Shown: positions 40,211-51,297 of the stretch, one piece after another
Position numbering within the stretch: the first letter of the stretch is position 1
Layout: each line of letters begins with the position of its first letter
Assembly (NCBI GenBank): GCA_944392455.1
Contig: CALXWP010000001.1
Span: 5,112-69,111 of the forward strand
Reading direction: 5' to 3'
Length of the DNA: 64,000 nucleotides
DNA from: an uncultured Clostridia bacterium
GTDB taxonomy: Bacteria > Bacillota > Clostridia > TANB77 > CAG-508
Made by a program: the position numbers and the translations under genes
Notes under the pieces: generated by a model
Database searches by the model: none
What the model saw: the letters and a program-made list of their open reading frames with translations, nothing else
Told to the model about the DNA's origin: nothing

Positions 40211-41269
40211 CTACACCATTATCTCAATTTCTTTTTCTTTTACTTCGCAAATAAATTGTTTATCGTAATATTTTATTATAATATTTTGGTTACGCAATTT
40301 ATTAAATAACATATTACTTAAAACGATTTTATATTTTCTTGATTTATCCATTTTTATTGGTGTTATGTTGATTTTGTTTTCGTTATTTTTTATTTTTGTT
40401 TTCTTGACTAAATTCCATTTATTATTTTTGTAATTATAAATTAATACATTTTTTCTACTTAGCAAAATTATTCCACTACATAAAATTATTCCTGTTCCTG
40501 TTGTTGCAACAGTTGGTAACATATTGCTTTGTTTATTTTCATTTTCTCCTTTATCTATTGGTATCTCTTCATATTGTAGTTTAAATGTAACAGAATCTAC
40601 AACTTTCTTTTTTAATTCTCCACTATATTTAACTGTTGCTTTATAATTACTTACAATAGTTCTTACTTCTATTGCCTCATATTTCATTATTCCATTATAA
40701 GAAACAGGTACTGCTTGTCCATCAATATTTTGTGTTTCTACAACTGTCCATACTGGATTAATTAAATAATATACTATTCCATCTTTTTTTATTGTTTTAG
40801 GAATATCATTTAATTCATTACTTTTTACATTTTCATATTTTTCCTCATAATATACCTTGTACTCTTCTTTATATGTATCATTTTCTTCTATCTTTAAAGA
40901 TAAATTATTTATTTTTAATGTTCCAGTATATCCATTTTCTTTAATATTTATCTCTTGTTTGAACATATTTAAAACATCATATTTATTTGTTGTCTTTACA
41001 ATTAATTCTTTTTCTATTTCTTTATTCTTTGATATAGTTTTCTTATTTTCTTGTTCAGATATATCTTTCAATTTATAAGTTACTCCATTTTTATTAATTT
41101 CTTTTTCTATATTTTCTCTGTATTCTTTTACCTTATCCTCTTCAACCTGTTGTTCTTCTTCCCAAACTTCTAATTTACCTTCTGTTGCATGAATCTCTGA
41201 AAATGTTCCTAGTATTGATATTGTTGTTACAACAGCAAATATTATTATTAATATTTTTGCTTTAATCAT
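40211..41269 (-). CDS. Secreted protein with sorting-signal-like segment (LPTVATTG + hydrophobic + SRKN) followed by an unusual 75-aa extension
   Basis: 352 aa; signal peptide; coiled/EK-rich region; motif-TM-basic tail architecture is located internally rather than at the C-terminus. Confidence 0.4.
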   Translation of the reverse strand: MIKAKILIIIFAVVTTISILGTFSEIHATEGKLEVWEEEQQVEEDKVKEYRENIEKEINKNGVTYKLKDISEQENKKTISKNKEIEKELIVKTTNKYDVLNMFKQEINIKENGYTGTLKINNLSLKIEENDTYKEEYKVYYEEKYENVKSNELNDIPKTIKKDGIVYYLINPVWTVVETQNIDGQAVPVSYNGIMKYEAIEVRTIVSNYKATVKYSGELKKKVVDSVTFKLQYEEIPIDKGENENKQSNMLPTVATTGTGIILCSGIILLSRKNVLIYNYKNNKWNLVKKTKIKNNENKINITPIKMDKSRKYKIVLSNMLFNKLRNQNIIIKYYDKQFICEVKEKEIEIMV

Positions 41270-41284
41270 ATTCTACTCCCTTCT

Positions 41285-41473
41285 TTATTTTAATTTTAAA
41301 ATGTTTTTATTTTTTAAGTCTTTAATAATTAATTCTGTAATATAATCTTTCATTGTTTTTTCTGGATTTAATTTTAATAAATATTGTTTCATTGCTTTAT
41401 GAATATTGCCATTCATAGAGAAACATACATGTTTACTTGTTATATCAACTTCTTTATTCAAATTCTTCATCAC
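41285..41473 (-). CDS. Small hypothetical protein
   Basis: 62 aa. Confidence 0.3.
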   Translation of the reverse strand: MMKNLNKEVDITSKHVCFSMNGNIHKAMKQYLLKLNPEKTMKDYITELIIKDLKNKNILKLK

Positions 41474-42183
41474 CTCCCTTCAATAATTTGTAACATCATA
41501 TTTCTTAAATTTTCATTAAATAATACAGTTATACCTATACTTGTTAATATGAAAAATAAAATGTAAGATAGTAATTTTACAATTCTTGTAACTGTTTCCA
41601 AAAAAAGAAAATATACATTACTTTTTTCATGCATATTTTCTTTTTTGATTTTTTTCTTTATATTTGTAGTAGTATATTTTAGCTTTTCTTTTTGTTTATT
41701 CTTCTTAATTTTTTTCTCTTGTTCTTGTATATCGAATCTTCTAACTTGTTTCTTTTGTATTCCTTTTTCAGAAAGTGCATCTAACATTTGCTTTTCTATA
41801 TTTTGTACTAAATCTGTATCAACAATATTATATATTTTTAATTGATACAATTGTTCAAGCAACAGATAATTATTATTATAACTTGCCATAACAATTATTC
41901 TTATTTTTGGATACATTATTTTTAATTGACTAATAATTTTAGGAAAATTATTTAAATCTATAATGCACTCTAAATCAATTATAAAATATCTTAATACATT
42001 AAAATTTACATTCGTTCTTTTTATGTATTCTTCTATATTAATATCATTATGAGTCTCATATAAAACTAATATATTTTTTTCTACACATATCTTTTGTATT
42101 ATATTTTTTGTTTCATTTTTAGCAATATAATTAAGCACATTTACCACCTCCTTAATCAAACCATTGTTCTTCAAATGGTACAT
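41470..42183 (-). CDS. Hypothetical protein with C-terminal TM
   Basis: 237 aa; basic K-rich segment followed by a TM. Confidence 0.4.
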   Translation of the reverse strand: MYHLKNNGLIKEVVNVLNYIAKNETKNIIQKICVEKNILVLYETHNDINIEEYIKRTNVNFNVLRYFIIDLECIIDLNNFPKIISQLKIMYPKIRIIVMASYNNNYLLLEQLYQLKIYNIVDTDLVQNIEKQMLDALSEKGIQKKQVRRFDIQEQEKKIKKNKQKEKLKYTTTNIKKKIKKENMHEKSNVYFLFLETVTRIVKLLSYILFFILTSIGITVLFNENLRNMMLQIIEGR

Positions 42184-42349
42184 TATAAATTATATTGCCA
42201 GATTTTAGAAATTCTATGTTATTATTTTCTACTTCACTTTTTCCAATTTTCCAAAAAGTATTGTTAAAAATAACAATAATAACTATAATTATTAATATCA
42301 ACACATAATGTACTAATTCTTTTTTATGTTCAAAATCTTTATTCATCAA
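42152..42349 (-). CDS. Small membrane protein
   Basis: 65 aa; one TM. Confidence 0.3.
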   Translation of the reverse strand: MMNKDFEHKKELVHYVLILIIIVIIVIFNNTFWKIGKSEVENNNIEFLKSGNIIYNVPFEEQWFD

Positions 42350-42943
42350 TTACTCCATTTCTTCAAATAAATATGGTGCAGGATCTATCTGCACTTTATT
42401 TGCTAATCTTATTTCAAAATGTAAATGATCACCTGTTGAATTTCCTGTTGTTCCTTGTATTCCTATAATTTGACCTTCAATTACTTCTTGATTTTCTTTT
42501 ACTTTTAAAGAATTATCTTGCATGTGAGCATAAAATGTATAAAATATATTCCCATTTTCATCTTTGTGCTTTATTTCTACACAATTTCCATATCCATTCT
42601 GCCATCCTGCCCATGTGACTGTCCCAACTTTTACACAAATAATATTACTATTCTTTTCTCCTACCAAATCAATTCCCTTATGATTAGATGATACTACTCC
42701 ACCACCTTCTCTATTTCCAAATGCACTTGTTACAACTTGAAAATTTGCAACTGGTATTGGAAATTTTCCTTTATATTGTATATTGTCTTCAATTTTAATA
42801 TCATTTGTATATTTGTTATTTTCTTTAGATGTACTATTTCCAAACTCTAAAAATGCACAACCTATTATAATTACAAAAAGAGTAACTCCTATTGATAAAT
42901 ATAATATTTTATGCATATATTGGCTGACTCCTGAACTTCTCAT
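42350..42943 (-). CDS. M23 family peptidase (conjugation-associated peptidoglycan hydrolase, Tn916 Orf14 / TcpG-like role)
   Basis: 197 aa; N-terminal TM; HKGIDL ... GTTGNSTGDHLHFEI motifs. Confidence 0.8.
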   Translation of the reverse strand: MRSSGVSQYMHKILYLSIGVTLFVIIIGCAFLEFGNSTSKENNKYTNDIKIEDNIQYKGKFPIPVANFQVVTSAFGNREGGGVVSSNHKGIDLVGEKNSNIICVKVGTVTWAGWQNGYGNCVEIKHKDENGNIFYTFYAHMQDNSLKVKENQEVIEGQIIGIQGTTGNSTGDHLHFEIRLANKVQIDPAPYLFEEME

Positions 42944-44655
42944 CTATCTTTTTTAACTCTTCTTGGTCTATATACATATTAATGAATATTTTTCTAATAC
43001 CTGCTATGAACAGAGCCTCTCCTATTTTAGCATTATAGATTAATTGTGTTTCTTTATCCGTCAGCTTAAATGTTTCTTGTACATCTCTTAAGTCTTGACC
43101 ATCTAATTTAAAGAATAATTTATATGTACTATTAGTAAATAAGCTTTGTCCATATAATCTAATTTTTTCATTTAGGAAATCCTGAATTGATTGAGTTATA
43201 ACAATAATATTTGAATTATATTTTCTTGCTCTTTTACTAATATTTTTTAAATATTCAAGAGTTTGTGGAATATTAGGGTCTATTAACATGTGGCATTCAT
43301 CTGCTATAAGAATTGTTCTTTCATTTACATCTCTGCTCAAGAAATCCCAACAGTATGACATTATATTGTAATATTGTGCTCTTTTGTATTGTTCTTGGAA
43401 CTTATGCATACTGCTTGTATTAAATACTGTCATGTCAGTATTAATATCAATATTAGTATAACCATTCCATATATCTGATGATTGACCAACACAAATTGGT
43501 CTTATTAATGACAAAATCTTTTCGTATATTACATTATATTTTTGCTTGTTTTTTTCTTCTATAAAAAAATACAAATCTTCCAATTTAGGAAAATCTGTAT
43601 TTTTTAATTTAGCAATATTAGTATTTTTACTTATATTAAACTTTTTATATAGTTCTTCTAGTAATAACTCTAGTGCAGAGAACTCCATATCTTGTAAACT
43701 AGGATATAAAATTGAAAAAAATGTTCTTAAAAATTGAAAATGTAATGCTAATGAATTTGAATCTTCTTCTCTATCTATTCTTACCTGTAGTGGATTTAAT
43801 ATTCCTCCTTTTTCTCCTCCATTACAATTTATAATCTTTCCTCCTAAATTTTTACAAAGGTAGGAATATTCATTTTCGGGATCTATAATTAATATTTTAC
43901 TACTAGGTATTTCATTATATGCAATATGCTTTACAGCAACACTTTTTCCTGATCCTGAACTACCAACAATAACCATATTACTATTAGTTCTATCAGAATC
44001 TTTTTGCCACATATTAAAAATTACAATACCTCCTTTTTCATTAATACCTAGATAATATCCTTTTTCATCAATAAATGTATTTTTGTTAAACAAAAAACCT
44101 CCTGTAAATGTTGATGTCAAAATATTTCTTTTAAAATAATTATTTATTTCTCTTTGTATTGTGAAAAATGGTGCAATTGATTTAAAGCCTTCTTGTAATA
44201 AAAAATTTGTCAATGGTCTTATTTTCAATTTTTGTTTTATTACTTCTTTTTCAATCTCCTTACACTTTTTATTTAAGTTATTTTCATTTTCATCTGTTAC
44301 TAAAATATAAATGCTTAAATATGAAACAACTTCATTATTTTGTAGTATTCTACTAATAATTTCACTAGCTTCTTTTATTTCTTTCTCTTTTAATTGTTTA
44401 CTAGATTCATTCTTTGCTAACTTTGCAAGTGCTGTTGCATCTCTAATTCTTCTATCTAATCCTTCTAATAATTCTGAATTATCAGTTGGCTCTATATTTA
44501 TCGAGAAAACTGCTCCGATTTCATTTACTATCTTTCCGAGCCATCCTAGTTCAACATTAGTTGGATAATGTATTATTGTATAAATCTTTGCAAATTTATC
44601 TCCTAAATATATCTTATTTCTATCAAATTTAAAACCTCCGACATGGAGTTAAAAG
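42909..44655 (-). CDS. VirB4-like conjugative ATPase (TcpF / Tn916 Orf16-like); the 5' end carries at least one frameshift
   Basis: Walker A VGSSGSGKS; Walker B ILIADECH. The ORF continues upstream of the called TTG start (...LGWLGKIVNEIGAVFSINIEPTDNSELLEGLDRRIRDATALAKLAKNE...) without an in-frame start. Confidence 0.7.
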
Positions 44656-44671
44656 ATTTATTAAATCATAA

Positions 44672-45388
44672 TTATATTGTGTCTTTTTCAGTTTTATTAC
44701 CTCTCTTTTTAAGAACTGCCTCTTCAATTCTTTTCTTTGCTATTTCATAATAATTTTTATCAATTTCAAATCCTATATATCTTCTATTTTTATTTATTGC
44801 TCCTACAAGTGTTGTCCCACTACCAGCGAAACAATCTAATATTAAATCTCCCTCCTTACTAGAGTTTTCTATATGATACTCTATTAATTCCAACGGTTTT
44901 ATTGTTGGGTGTTTATATTTTTGTTTATCAACTTTATTAGTTAATGAGATATAATACTTTCTTTTAGTATGATAATTTCCATATAATTTAACTCCTTTTT
45001 CTCTAAAAAATAATATGTATTCCGTATCAGGCAAATAATTGTTATTTATTAGTGGAGATGGATTTTGTTTATGCCAAGTTAATATTTCATGATTACAGTT
45101 TTTATTACTAAAGTAATTTAGTAAATCTTTTACTTGCCTTTTTGAACAATAAATATAAATATTAATTTTCTTCATTTTTTGAATTAGTAAATCCAATACT
45201 TTTAAATCAAACCCATCTTTTAAATTTAACAAATCATTTGCATATCTATTCATATTTGAAAGATTTTTTACATTATTTATATTAAGTAGGTATGGTGGGT
45301 CTATAATTACTAGGTCTATACTATTATCATCAATTAGTTTTAATCCTTCCATACAATCTATATTGTATATTTCATTTGTTTTTAACAT
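44672..45388 (-). CDS. DNA methyltransferase (beta-class N6-adenine/N4-cytosine; orphan, no cognate nuclease nearby)
   Basis: 238 aa; motif IV DPPY (LVIIDPPYLL) precedes motif I FAGSGTT. Confidence 0.85.
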   Translation of the reverse strand: MLKTNEIYNIDCMEGLKLIDDNSIDLVIIDPPYLLNINNVKNLSNMNRYANDLLNLKDGFDLKVLDLLIQKMKKINIYIYCSKRQVKDLLNYFSNKNCNHEILTWHKQNPSPLINNNYLPDTEYILFFREKGVKLYGNYHTKRKYYISLTNKVDKQKYKHPTIKPLELIEYHIENSSKEGDLILDCFAGSGTTLVGAINKNRRYIGFEIDKNYYEIAKKRIEEAVLKKRGNKTEKDTI

Positions 45389-46010
45389 TTAACTCCTTTC
45401 TTTTAATTTTTGTGATGTGATTCTCGTAATCATTTCCTTCATCTTTATATGCCTGTAAATTAAAAAATTTTATTAAATAAATAATATCGTCTTTACTTAA
45501 TATTTCACTTTTTAATTCACAATTTCTTAATCTATTCTTCCAATTATTAGCTCTCTTTTGTAACTCTATTTTTGACTTTTCTGTTTCTTTTTCCCAAATA
45601 ACTAAATAAAATTCATTTTCTATGATTTCTTTATTAGTAACCAAATTTAATAAGAATTGTATTCTGTTATTAATTATTTGTATAAATTTATCATTGTTTA
45701 TCATTTGTTTTAATGTTTCCTGTTCTTTTATATTATCTGAAATATCTAATATTTTGGGCATAATTAATATTTTATATGGATATTGCTCATTCGAAAATTC
45801 TACACTCATATAATTCATTTTATTTTCAAGTTCTTGTTCAGATAACAGCTCGAAATTTTGTGGTTTTATATTTAAAAACATTAATATATAACCATCTATT
45901 GTAATTGCATAGCCTTCTTCTGTTATATCTGCTATATTTAAAAATTCATTTAAAGATATATCCTTTTTGTTACTTAACAACTTTTTTATTATAAAAATCA
46001 CCTCCGACAT
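45372..46010 (-). CDS. Hypothetical conjugation-module protein
   Basis: 212-aa ORF overlapping its neighbours. Confidence 0.4.
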   Translation of the reverse strand: MSEVIFIIKKLLSNKKDISLNEFLNIADITEEGYAITIDGYILMFLNIKPQNFELLSEQELENKMNYMSVEFSNEQYPYKILIMPKILDISDNIKEQETLKQMINNDKFIQIINNRIQFLLNLVTNKEIIENEFYLVIWEKETEKSKIELQKRANNWKNRLRNCELKSEILSKDDIIYLIKFFNLQAYKDEGNDYENHITKIKRKELNVKNK

Positions 46011-46311
46011 ACTTATATTTTCTTTGCATTGTCTGAAATTTTAATATATTCCTTATAGAATCTGACATTGAAAAATTATTTCTGCTTTTTGTAAAAAAAA
46101 TAACACTCATTACTATTGTTCCTATAACTATAAGTGTCGATATTAATGCTTGTTTAAATATTAAATAAATAATATAAGCTATAACACTGGCAATTACACC
46201 ACATATTATTGTTCTTATTAATTCTTGTGTACCAAAACCTTCAAAAAACTCCGTTTTTAATCTTATTTGACTTGGTATTTTTAATAATCTTTTACTTTCC
46301 ATTGTTATCAT
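45970..46311 (-). CDS. Small two-TM membrane protein (VirB3 / PrgI-like candidate)
   Basis: 113 aa; two adjacent hydrophobic helices. Confidence 0.35.
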   Translation of the reverse strand: MITMESKRLLKIPSQIRLKTEFFEGFGTQELIRTIICGVIASVIAYIIYLIFKQALISTLIVIGTIVMSVIFFTKSRNNFSMSDSIRNILKFQTMQRKYKYVGGDFYNKKVVK

Positions 46312-46807
46312 TTCCTCCTGTTTCTATATTATTATTTTGATTTGATTTTGCATTAATGTATTCTGGATAAGTATATGTAGTGGGAAATATAAATCCATCT
46401 GCATCTCTGTAATATTGTATATCTGCATAATATCCTTTCCAAAAATCTTGGCACTCATTAAATAACCTTAAATACGAAACATTATCTACTACTTTACCTT
46501 CTGAATATAATCCAAACGCATAATGTAGTGGCTCATCATCAGTAAGTGCTGCCAATTTTTTTCCTGTATCAGTTACGACATACCTTTTTCCTCCTAAATT
46601 AACTACTTCTCTATCTTGACAATCTTTATCTTCTACTTTTTCTATTGTCATATCAGATGCCCCTTCATCTACTATCTCAACCGTACTTCCAAAATACATT
46701 TTAGGTATATCAACTAGACTAAATGAAATTGTTATTAATATTGTTGCAATTAGTAAATGTTTAGTTAATTTTATATATTTACTTTTTTCATCTGGCTCTA
46801 TACTCAT
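46292..46807 (-). CDS. Membrane-anchored protein (VirB8/TcpC-like candidate)
   Basis: 171 aa; N-terminal TM + globular domain. Confidence 0.3.
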   Translation of the reverse strand: MSIEPDEKSKYIKLTKHLLIATILITISFSLVDIPKMYFGSTVEIVDEGASDMTIEKVEDKDCQDREVVNLGGKRYVVTDTGKKLAALTDDEPLHYAFGLYSEGKVVDNVSYLRLFNECQDFWKGYYADIQYYRDADGFIFPTTYTYPEYINAKSNQNNNIETGGNDNNGK

Positions 46808-46897
46808 TTTTATTAATAATATAATAAATGTAACCCCTGCAATTCCAATTCCTATATTTCTTAATATTCCTATTAATTCTTGTAAAGTTTCGATATT

Positions 46898-47740
46898 CTA
46901 TCTCCTCCTTCTCCAATTTGGCATTAATGCTCTTATTGATCTTGCAGTATTTCCCATACTGTTTATTAGACTTCCATTTGGTCTTATCATAAATTTTCCT
47001 AGCATCATTGGTGTATTTACAGATACGATTGCTATTGCAATTCCATAAATTAAATGACCATTAACAAGTGCTAATATTGATAAATTTAATAAGCCTAGTT
47101 GAACAACAAGAGTAAAAGCAGTAAGTAGAAAATCTCTTACATACTCTGTAAAAACACCATTATCAGAATTTAAAAGTCCAATTGATGCAAAAGGTATTCC
47201 TAGTCTCATTACAAGAATTTCTATTCCTTTCATAATAAATTGACAAATTAATATAAGCCATACAATCAATAATACTAAACAAGCAACTGCAGTAAATATT
47301 CCTCCCCCCATATTGCCTGTTAAAATTTCTGCTAAATTTGTTCCTTGAACAGTCATATTGGATAATATTCCATTTAAAAATTCTTGTACTATTCCTACAA
47401 ATATGTTATAAATTTCTTTAAAACATATCATAATAATTACCGCTTTAATCATTCCTATCATTAATTGAATAGGATTTTCTTCTGCATCTCCTTCTCGCAT
47501 CATAAAATAAATTTTTATAGCTTTACTAATAAAAACAATAATTAGAATATATATTGCGAAACTAAAAATAGTCTCATAAATTTTATTAAAATTTATAAAA
47601 CTACCATCTGCTAATTTTAAATTACTGAGCTCTCTTTCTATATGGAAAACTAAATTTACCATGCTTTTAAAAAGAGAGTTTAATGTTGCTTCAGAGCCTC
47701 CAATAAAACTTTCTATGAGTTCTACAAGCATATCTGCCAT
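46898..47740 (-). CDS. Polytopic membrane protein (VirB6 / TcpH / Orf15-like channel component candidate)
   Basis: 280 aa; 5-6 TM helices. Confidence 0.45.
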   Translation of the reverse strand: MADMLVELIESFIGGSEATLNSLFKSMVNLVFHIERELSNLKLADGSFINFNKIYETIFSFAIYILIIVFISKAIKIYFMMREGDAEENPIQLMIGMIKAVIIMICFKEIYNIFVGIVQEFLNGILSNMTVQGTNLAEILTGNMGGGIFTAVACLVLLIVWLILICQFIMKGIEILVMRLGIPFASIGLLNSDNGVFTEYVRDFLLTAFTLVVQLGLLNLSILALVNGHLIYGIAIAIVSVNTPMMLGKFMIRPNGSLINSMGNTARSIRALMPNWRRRR

Positions 47741-47779
47741 ATATGTATCACCTTCTTTTTATATAAATTCTCTTTATAT

Positions 47780-48130
47780 TTACTTGTAGAATCCTAATAT
47801 TGTATCTATTAATGCTAATCCACATGTTATAAGTACCATAGCAATTAATGTTGTCTTTATATTTTGCATATTTCTTCGTCTTTCTCCTTCATCATTTGTC
47901 TTTAAACAATACACATAATAGATGAAGTAACCTCCACAAATCGTTATGCCTATTCCTACCAACCAACTTATTACTGCATCTACTAATTTTTCAGTTCCAA
48001 TTACTAATTTTGTACTTTCTAAACTAGATGCATTGACAACTTGTTGCATTGTATTTAACAAAATAATTACTAATATAATTTTAAATATAATCTTAATAAT
48101 CTTTCTTACATTTTCCTTTTTTAGTTTCAA
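47780..48130 (-). CDS. Small membrane protein (pilin / VirB2-like candidate)
   Basis: 116 aa; signal + two TMs. Confidence 0.3.
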   Translation of the reverse strand: MKLKKENVRKIIKIIFKIILVIILLNTMQQVVNASSLESTKLVIGTEKLVDAVISWLVGIGITICGGYFIYYVYCLKTNDEGERRRNMQNIKTTLIAMVLITCGLALIDTILGFYK

Positions 48131-49924
48131 CTTTTTATCTTCCTTTCCAAATTATTCTTTATCATATTTACTATTTCCTCATTTTCTTCAATACTATAAT
48201 CTTCAAGTTCTAAATTATAATACTTTTTCCATATCTCCCAAATCTTTATTTTTTCTAGTTTACTTTCCTTTCTATCTTTTTCTCTTTCAATTCTTAATCT
48301 TGTATTTTCTGCTTTTGTTCCCATACAGTTAATTTGGTTAAAGTACATTTTTGAAATATCTGGTACATTTAAAATAGCAGGTGGTTTTCCTGCTATCATT
48401 AATAAAATATATGGACTTTCTATCCTTTGTACTTCATCTGCTGTTAATAGTTTTCTTGAAACAAGACTCATGCTACTACTACTTCTATCATTTTTTATAT
48501 TTGAATTACTGCTTTCTCCATAACTTTGAGCTGTATATGTTCCTAATTTATCTGATATTTTTGTTGCTGTATCTATATTAGCACTTTTCAAATACATCCA
48601 AGCACAATTATCTAAAATATTTTGTGCTCCTTCTTTTCCATATCGTTCTTCTAATTGAGCAAAACTTTGTAAGCATATTATAAATCTAATATTTCTACTT
48701 CTCGAAACTGTTAGCATTGACTGGAATGAATCAATTTTGGTAAAGTTTGCAAATTCATCTAATATAAAATTCATTCTTATACCTAGTTCTCCACCTTCAG
48801 TTCTACTTGTTTCAACAAGTGATGTGTAAATTTGTTGTACTAATAAACTTCCTAATTTATGATATGTATCTCTGTCATCTGGTAATAACATATAGATTGC
48901 TGTCTTTTTCTTTGCGAAATTTCTTAAATCAAAATCTGATTTTTGAGTATTATTTGCCACATAATCATTGATAAACATTTGCAAAGTTGAAAGTGCTGCA
49001 GCAACAAAACTACCTCGAGTCTTTGAAGGTGCTGTTCCTGCTACTGCAAAAAACTTCTTAATTGGATCATCCGCATCTTTATTTTTCATATATTTATCAA
49101 TTAACATTTCTCCATCTTCTGCTGTTTTAAACATTTCTGCAACAAAGTAATAAGCATTAGCAAGTGTTTGATATTTCCTTTTTCCTTTATTTTCAAGTAC
49201 AACTGCCATTATTGCTGTCTTAATTACTGACATTTCTCCGTTTACCCATATAGGTTCTGTTTTATCATTTTTAGTAACTAATACATTTACAATATCATTA
49301 ACTAAACTTTCTGCCAAAGCTATATTTCCATCTTCAACTGCATTTATGACAATATCTAAATAATTGTATTTATTGCTTTTTAAAAACTGTATATAATCAA
49401 TAGCTATTACATCATATCCTAATTCTTTTAATTTAGTAGCTGTATATAAATATAGTTCACCTTTAACATCGCTTATGAACATATTTTCTCCGACCTAAAC
49501 CTAGCATAGTTATCGTTGGTATTATAATACTTCTACTTTTTCCTGATCCTGAACTTCCTACTATGGTTAAATGAACATTATCATCAATATAGTAATATTT
49601 TTCTATATTATCTTTTCTTTCAAAATTAGTTATAACACCACCTGAAGAAAAAGAAACCTCATTATATTTTTTATTTCTATCTAAAATATTACATTTAAAA
49701 ATTTTACTATAATCTTTTTTATCTAACCACCACGAAGTGCCATATTGTCCATCTCCTACTGGAATTGGAACTTCTATTTTATTTGTTAATTTTATTGTAT
49801 TGCTATGATATATGTTTTTCTTTCTATTAGAAAATAATAATAGAAATGAAATTATTATTATTTCTAAAACACAAAAAATAATAAATACTTTCTTTTCACT
49901 AAATAAAGTATTTATTATTGTCAT
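48127..49924 (-). CDS. Type IV coupling protein (VirD4/TraG-like), split by a +C frameshift at 49490-49492
   Basis: N-terminal TMs; Walker A IVGSSGSGKSRS; removing C in GGTcGGAG joins ...ITMLGLGGENMFISDVKGELYLYTATK... Confidence 0.75.
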
Positions 49925-50180
49925 AATATTTATATTAAATAAGCCATCAAAGTTTTTGCTTAATATAAAATGTAAATTAACCGAAAGATATGCATTAATA
50001 AAAATGCTAATTATAATTGCTAAAATTATTAATATTCTTCTACTTATATTCTTTCTCCTTTATTGGAATTCTACCATTCCTCCTTTTTTGTAAATTAAAA
50101 GAACATCTACTAAAATGTAAATGTTCTTGTTATATATATCTTGTAAGTTGTCGCAATAATTTGATCAGTTTGGAATTAAA

Positions 50181-50798
50181 CTATTGGATTCCTATTGTTT
50201 CATTTATTACTATATCGTTATCTGGCAAAGTATTTGTAATATTATTAGACTTATTTTTTAATATGTTAAAAATAATATTATTTATTGTGTTCAAATCTTC
50301 ATCAGTTATCATTGCCTGTTTACTTTCTTTTTGTATTTCCTTGCAAGATCCTTTTATGTAGTAAGTTTCATTGTTTAAAACTATTTTATGAGTAATCATT
50401 CCACTACATATATCATTAGTATATTCTGATTTTACTAATATATTCTTAATAGTTTCTATATCTTTTTCATCAGTTATTGTAATTGTCTTTCCTTTATATT
50501 CAATTTTAATATTATAGTTTTTAGGCAATTCATATTTCATAAACCAATTTCCTATTTTTGTGCCAATATTTCTTTCATATGGTTCATCTGGGGAAACACC
50601 CACATATCTAATTACTTTATATCCTAATCCCCAATAAGTAACTTTACTACCGTCATAACTTATCGTTTTAACACAGAATATTGGTTTTTCTTGTTTTTTT
50701 ACTCTAAAATAGTCCACTGTAAAAAATATTATGGCAAGTAGTAATAATGACACTACAATAACTAGAACAATTTTTACTCCTTTTTTCATTAACATCAC
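50181..50798 (-). CDS. Membrane-anchored protein of unknown function (paralogue of the 26130..27371 N-terminal region)
   Basis: 205 aa; N-terminal TM; conserved block shared with 26130..27371. Confidence 0.45.
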   Translation of the reverse strand: MMLMKKGVKIVLVIVVSLLLLAIIFFTVDYFRVKKQEKPIFCVKTISYDGSKVTYWGLGYKVIRYVGVSPDEPYERNIGTKIGNWFMKYELPKNYNIKIEYKGKTITITDEKDIETIKNILVKSEYTNDICSGMITHKIVLNNETYYIKGSCKEIQKESKQAMITDEDLNTINNIIFNILKNKSNNITNTLPDNDIVINETIGIQ

Positions 50799-50887
50799 CT
50801 TCTACCTTTCTTTTAATTTAACAATTAAATCACAGCGATAACTTACTATTTTTATTTATTGATTATTTTTTGTTAATACCTTAAATT

Positions 50888-51205
50888 TTACTCTCCATAT
50901 TTTGCTCTATATTCTTCTTCAAATCCAAACAAACCTTGTCCTATATTTATTGGAAAATATTTGTTATTCATCAAAAAACCATGTATCTCATCATTTTGGT
51001 CTTTAAATCTTATAGAATATCCTCCAAAATTAGAACTCCATTCTATGTCCACATACTCTAAATGCATTTTTGGAAAGTTTTTCTTTAAATAATTTGTTGC
51101 AAATACTCGGGCTATTTGTTTTGGAATTATTCCACTAATCCATAAAGCTAAAATAACAATTAAAATTACTAATATCGTTATAATAATTATTCTTTTTTTA
51201 TTCAT
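50888..51205 (-). CDS. Small membrane-anchored hypothetical protein
   Basis: 105 aa; N-terminal TM. Confidence 0.4.
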   Translation of the reverse strand: MNKKRIIIITILVILIVILALWISGIIPKQIARVFATNYLKKNFPKMHLEYVDIEWSSNFGGYSIRFKDQNDEIHGFLMNNKYFPINIGQGLFGFEEEYRAKYGE

Positions 51206-51297
51206 ACTATTGTCTCCAACTTACTATATTTTGCTACGATTATATACTAAAAGACAGATAATTTCAACTTTATTATCTGTCTCAACTAATAATATAT

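Noticed and set aside
44311-44568. Plus-strand ORF 44311..44568 in the gap upstream of the VirB4 ORF
   Set aside because: The minus strand here is continuous VirB4 coding sequence (..LGWLGKIVNEIGAVFSINIEPTDNSELLEG..) once read past the called TTG start. The plus ORF is an antisense artefact. The two CCG motifs at 44515 and 44536 in this stretch are in frame and were not counted as +C errors.
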